From a virus (lineage: Duplodnaviria > Caudoviricetes), in IMG/VR virus record IMGVR_UViG_3300029787_000052, positions 1 through 57,432 of that record: a stretch of 57,432 bases of DNA. One strand, 5' to 3'. Below the pieces are notes generated by a model that saw only the letters and a list, made by a program, of their open reading frames with translations, made no database searches and was not told the DNA's origin. How positions within the stretch are numbered: the stretch's first letter is position 1; each line of letters begins with the position of its first letter. A program made the translations under genes and the position numbers. Shown here piece after piece: positions 54,046-57,432 of this stretch.

Positions 54046-57000
54046 ATGGCTGAGATTACGATAGAAGGTATTGGTGATGTGGAGGTGGGTGATGAATTTT
54101 TCACCCTAGACGCTGCTGGTCAGCAAGCATATGCAAACGAAGTCGCAAGGCAAATATCTTTAGGCCAAACTGCTGTTGGCACATTTGCACCATCCGTCTA
54201 CCCCTATGCCGCACGAGACAAAGCAGGTTTTTTTGATCGTGTGGGCGAGTCTTTTGAGTCTGGCGTTAGCAAGGTTCGTGGCCTTAGTGCCAGTGCTGTT
54301 GAGGCTACGGGTGAGCTAACAGGGTCCGAAGACCTTACAGGCTTTGGCCGAGAAGGTCGCGAAGCTTTTGTTAAAAGAGAACAAGAGCGCGAAATTCCTG
54401 CCATACAATTTACCGACATTGATAACTTAGGTGACGTTGGCGAGTGGCTTACGGACACCATCCCCGAACAAACTGTAATGTTTGCTCCTTCGATTGCTGG
54501 TGGTCTGGTAGGAGCAAAGCTTGGGGCAAAAGCAGGGGCAGCAGCGGGTGCGTTTTTTGGCGGCGTTGGTGCAATACCGGGAGCCGCAATAGGCGGAACG
54601 ATTGGTGGTTTGCTGGGCGCATTTATTCCTTCGCTTACCCTTGGTGTAGGAGAAGTTCAAGAGTCAATTAAGTCGAAAGACTCATCCGTTGTAAATCCTG
54701 AAGCAGCATTTGCTGGAGGTACTGCAATAGCGGCGCTTGATTCAATCCTGCCCGGAAAGATTGGAGGTCAGCTTGTTAGGCGATTAGGAACAGAATCTGC
54801 TGAAGAGGTAGCAAAAAGAACGCTACTCAAGCCTATCAAGCGGGAGTATCTCAAAGCCGCTGGTAAGGGTATGGCTGTTGAGGGAATTACCGAGGCTATG
54901 CAGGAAGCAATAGCAGAGGTAACAGCGGTTGAGGCCACCGGACAGGAACTGGATGGCGCTGAACTAAGAAAGATGATGATCAATGCTGGTGCTGCTGGCG
55001 CATTGATGGGCGGTGGCGTTAGAACCGCGTCTGAAAGATTTAAGAAAACCAGAACTCAAGACGAAGTAGATCAGATACAAAAGCTTTTAGACAAGAAGGA
55101 AGCAGAGCGGGAAGCTCGCGCTCGTGAAACTATTACTCCCGATCCAGATGGTCCTCTTCTTTTAAGTTACAACGAAGCAGAGTTTACGACTGATAGCCCC
55201 TCTCAAGTTGTAGAAACTATCATTGACGAGTCAGTCAACGATGTTGCCCCCACAGGTTTGGGAGAAGATATCGGAGCGGGTGCGCCTCTCGGCCCATTCA
55301 CTGTACGCGAAATGCCTAACGGTGGGTTTGCAGTTGTTAATGCTGCGGGTGAGGTGCGGACACCGTCTTTCCAAACTCTTGACCTTGCTCAAGAAGCTGC
55401 CAATCTTTTAACAGAAAGAGTGCCGACAGCTATTGAAGCTGCTGAAGTTGAGTTCACACAAGCGGCAGCAAGTCGTGCGCTTGAAGATAATAAGATTGAA
55501 GAAACCGCTGCTACTCTAGATGCTGCTAGAGAAACAGTGACTCCTCTGGGATTTTTTAGCCGTGAGGAAGTTGGTAAAAAAATTGCTTCCCAAATAGACC
55601 GCAAGCGGACTATGGCTGTTTCTCTCAGGCCGGGAGAGATCGTGCAAAACGATGGCCTCTATACCATTGAAGAGGTGGCTGAAACAGGAGCATCCAACAA
55701 AGCCTTAAGCGCCATCATTGCTAAGAAAAAACCACTTACAGAAGACGCATCTCTTAATGTCACGGTCAGAGACATAGAAGACCTAGCGTCGACTAAGAAC
55801 ATTCGCTTTGGCGATGAGTCGTTTAAGACGTTTGCGTTGCGGACGACAGGCAAATCAATGCCACAAAATATGTCGCAGGTGCAGAGGAATGCTTTGTTTG
55901 AGCGGCTGGACGCGATGCCGGAGTTCAAAGAAGAAACTTCTATCCCTGTTATTAAGTATCCTCATTTCACGGCACAGCAGATTGCTGACGTAGCGAAAGC
56001 AATTAGGGAAACAGGTACAGCAGAGGTTTGGAAAGACACTTCAAAGCCTCCCCCTAAGGCAGCTAAAGTTTCAGATAAGTTAATTCTAGAAGCAGTTGGC
56101 GCACCTAATATAAAGGGCGCTCGACGGAAAGAAGTGGCTGGTGAAATTAGGCGAGAGCTTATTCGTCGCGGAATACTAGATAAGAACGGGACAATCAAGC
56201 GTCGTTTGGTTCTGAGGGGCAGTCCCGAAAGAACGGCCCCACCCAGTGTAAAAAAACAAGAACTGTTGCAGCGGCTTAAGCCTTTAGCTAGGGCAATTAA
56301 CGATAGGTTCCAAGCAAGGGTAAAAGCCAATCCTGCGCTGGAGGGTGTCAGGCTTAAGTTTAACAACTTAATTGAAAGTATAGAGAGCGGGGAAATCCAA
56401 GCTGACGCTGAAGGTGTGTTTAGAGCCGAGGAAGAAGCTGGTCAGCTTATTAAGACTATACGATTGGCGCTTGACCCTGTTGTTGATCCGTCAAAGTCAG
56501 ATCAAGAAAACATATCCGCTCTTGCTGAAGTGCTTGATCACGAGTTTATTCACGCAGCTTACGAGGCTGGTGTTGTTACTGATCAGGAAAAGGCGGCATT
56601 AGAGTCTTTTGTGAAGAAGGCCAAGCGTCCCGGTACTGACAAAACATATTACGAGGACAGGGTCGAAGCTCTTAGAGATAATCCTCCTAGTGAAGAGATA
56701 CTTGTAGAAGAAGCTGTAGCGGAAGCGTTCCGAGATTACGCCGCAGGTCGTCGCGTGTTCCCGCCTAAGACGCGAAACATTTTCCGTAAGATTGCTGAGT
56801 TCTTTAGGCTTGTCAAAGAAGCGGCGGCAGACGCGGACATCATAACTGGTAACGAGATATTCCAGCGTCTTGATGCTGGTGTGGCACCCCTTCGAGGGAG
56901 GCGGTCTGGCGGCAGGGCTACAGAGACAACCGCTACTCCAGTTAATCTTAACGCAGCAGAGACAGCTACGGTTGAAAGAGAGGGTCGTGTTCCCGACTTT

Positions 57001-57432
57001 CCAACAGCCGAAAAGTTCTCTAGAAAACGTGCCCGTAAGACACCTGCTCCAGTTGGAGATAACCCGTTCCCCACCCCTCCCGAAGACGAAATACAAGCAC
57101 GTCTAGGCAGGAAGGCAAAGAGGACAGATGTTGCGGGTGCTACCGAGTCTACAGGACCACGAAACCCACGCCAAGAAATCGTAAACGATGATGGGGAAGT
57201 AGTCGCTGTTGTTGGCAAGATTACATTTGACGACTGGATCAATCAGACAGAAACTCGTCTTGATGATGCCGGAATAGCGGCGGCACGGGAATGGTATCCA
57301 GAAGCAGCCAAATCGTATCAAAAGTATTTTGGCAAAGACTGGCCTAACTTTTTAGCCGCATGGCTTATGGCTAACCAACAGGCTAGTCCTTCGACAGCGG
57401 CTATGAATGCTGTTCGTTCAAGAGAGCAAGCG
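54046..57432 (+). CDS. N-terminal part of giant polyvalent ejection protein (absent from ORF track; runs off the end into 1-5922)
   Basis: ATG 54046; I found no stop when translating this frame by hand to 57432. Gly-zipper hydrophobic segment about 54480-54650, EG.TE..QE, zincin HEFIH (56539-56553) with EEAVAE (56707-56724). Confidence 0.9.
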   Translation, partial: MAEITIEGIGDVEVGDEFFTLDAAGQQAYANEVARQISLGQTAVGTFAPSVYPYAARDKAGFFDRVGESFESGVSKVRGLSASAVEATGELTGSEDLTGFGREGREAFVKREQEREIPAIQFTDIDNLGDVGEWLTDTIPEQTVMFAPSIAGGLVGAKLGAKAGAAAGAFFGGVGAIPGAAIGGTIGGLLGAFIPSLTLGVGEVQESIKSKDSSVVNPEAAFAGGTAIAALDSILPGKIGGQLVRRLGTESAEEVAKRTLLKPIKREYLKAAGKGMAVEGITEAMQEAIAEVTAVEATGQELDGAELRKMMINAGAAGALMGGGVRTASERFKKTRTQDEVDQIQKLLDKKEAEREARARETITPDPDGPLLLSYNEAEFTTDSPSQVVETIIDESVNDVAPTGLGEDIGAGAPLGPFTVREMPNGGFAVVNAAGEVRTPSFQTLDLAQEAANLLTERVPTAIEAAEVEFTQAAASRALEDNKIEETAATLDAARETVTPLGFFSREEVGKKIASQIDRKRTMAVSLRPGEIVQNDGLYTIEEVAETGASNKALSAIIAKKKPLTEDASLNVTVRDIEDLASTKNIRFGDESFKTFALRTTGKSMPQNMSQVQRNALFERLDAMPEFKEETSIPVIKYPHFTAQQIADVAKAIRETGTAEVWKDTSKPPPKAAKVSDKLILEAVGAPNIKGARRKEVAGEIRRELIRRGILDKNGTIKRRLVLRGSPERTAPPSVKKQELLQRLKPLARAINDRFQARVKANPALEGVRLKFNNLIESIESGEIQADAEGVFRAEEEAGQLIKTIRLALDPVVDPSKSDQENISALAEVLDHEFIHAAYEAGVVTDQEKAALESFVKKAKRPGTDKTYYEDRVEALRDNPPSEEILVEEAVAEAFRDYAAGRRVFPPKTRNIFRKIAEFFRLVKEAAADADIITGNEIFQRLDAGVAPLRGRRSGGRATETTATPVNLNAAETATVEREGRVPDFPTAEKFSRKRARKTPAPVGDNPFPTPPEDEIQARLGRKAKRTDVAGATESTGPRNPRQEIVNDDGEVVAVVGKITFDDWINQTETRLDDAGIAAAREWYPEAAKSYQKYFGKDWPNFLAAWLMANQQASPSTAAMNAVRSREQA

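Noticed and set aside
57334-57432. Terminal repeat as a biological direct terminal repeat
   Set aside because: It falls mid-ORF, is k-mer sized (99 nt) and differs only by a synonymous last base; best read as assembly circularisation.
1-57432. tRNA genes, integrase, reverse transcriptase/DGR, introns, stop-codon recoding
   Set aside because: None recognised by eye; core genes are uninterrupted in the standard code and all three stop codons are used. tRNAscan and HMM searches were not run.

Overview
Apparently complete, circularly permuted genome (about 57,333 bp) of a tailed dsDNA phage with podovirus-like gene order. The last 99 nt repeat nt 1-99 apart from one synonymous base. Modules: (i) a GC-rich, leftward early operon (25.7 to 16.6 kb) with a MoxR AAA ATPase, a DUF3150-like protein, a VWA-metallopeptidase and many small ORFs; (ii) terS, an adenine methyltransferase, terL, portal, GroES, scaffold, capsid, tail and ejection proteins (25.8-54 kb); (iii) a ~3069-aa polyvalent ejection protein crossing the contig junction (54046-57333 + 1-5922); (iv) an Asp/Asn beta-hydroxylase, a lysis cassette and an exported-protein module (5.9-11 kb); (v) ERF, exonuclease, SSB-like protein, RusA, Twinkle-like primase-helicase and a 2OG oxygenase (11-16.6 kb). 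I recognised no DNA polymerase, RNA polymerase, integrase, tRNA or CRISPR array. The strongest non-coding signal is a candidate RNA-processing system in the early transcript: two hammerhead ribozymes (type III at 25517-25571, type I at 24375-24445). Both have an extra U after A9 and a predicted tertiary contact, and each is followed by the same 18-nt ribosome-binding leader. Long strand-specific stems lie further downstream. A 16-bp palindrome (RAGTYAYNNRTRACTY) occurs 8 times genome-wide, and E(K/R)FSR linkers separate the domains of the giant protein. Family names come from motif recognition by eye and need HMM confirmation.
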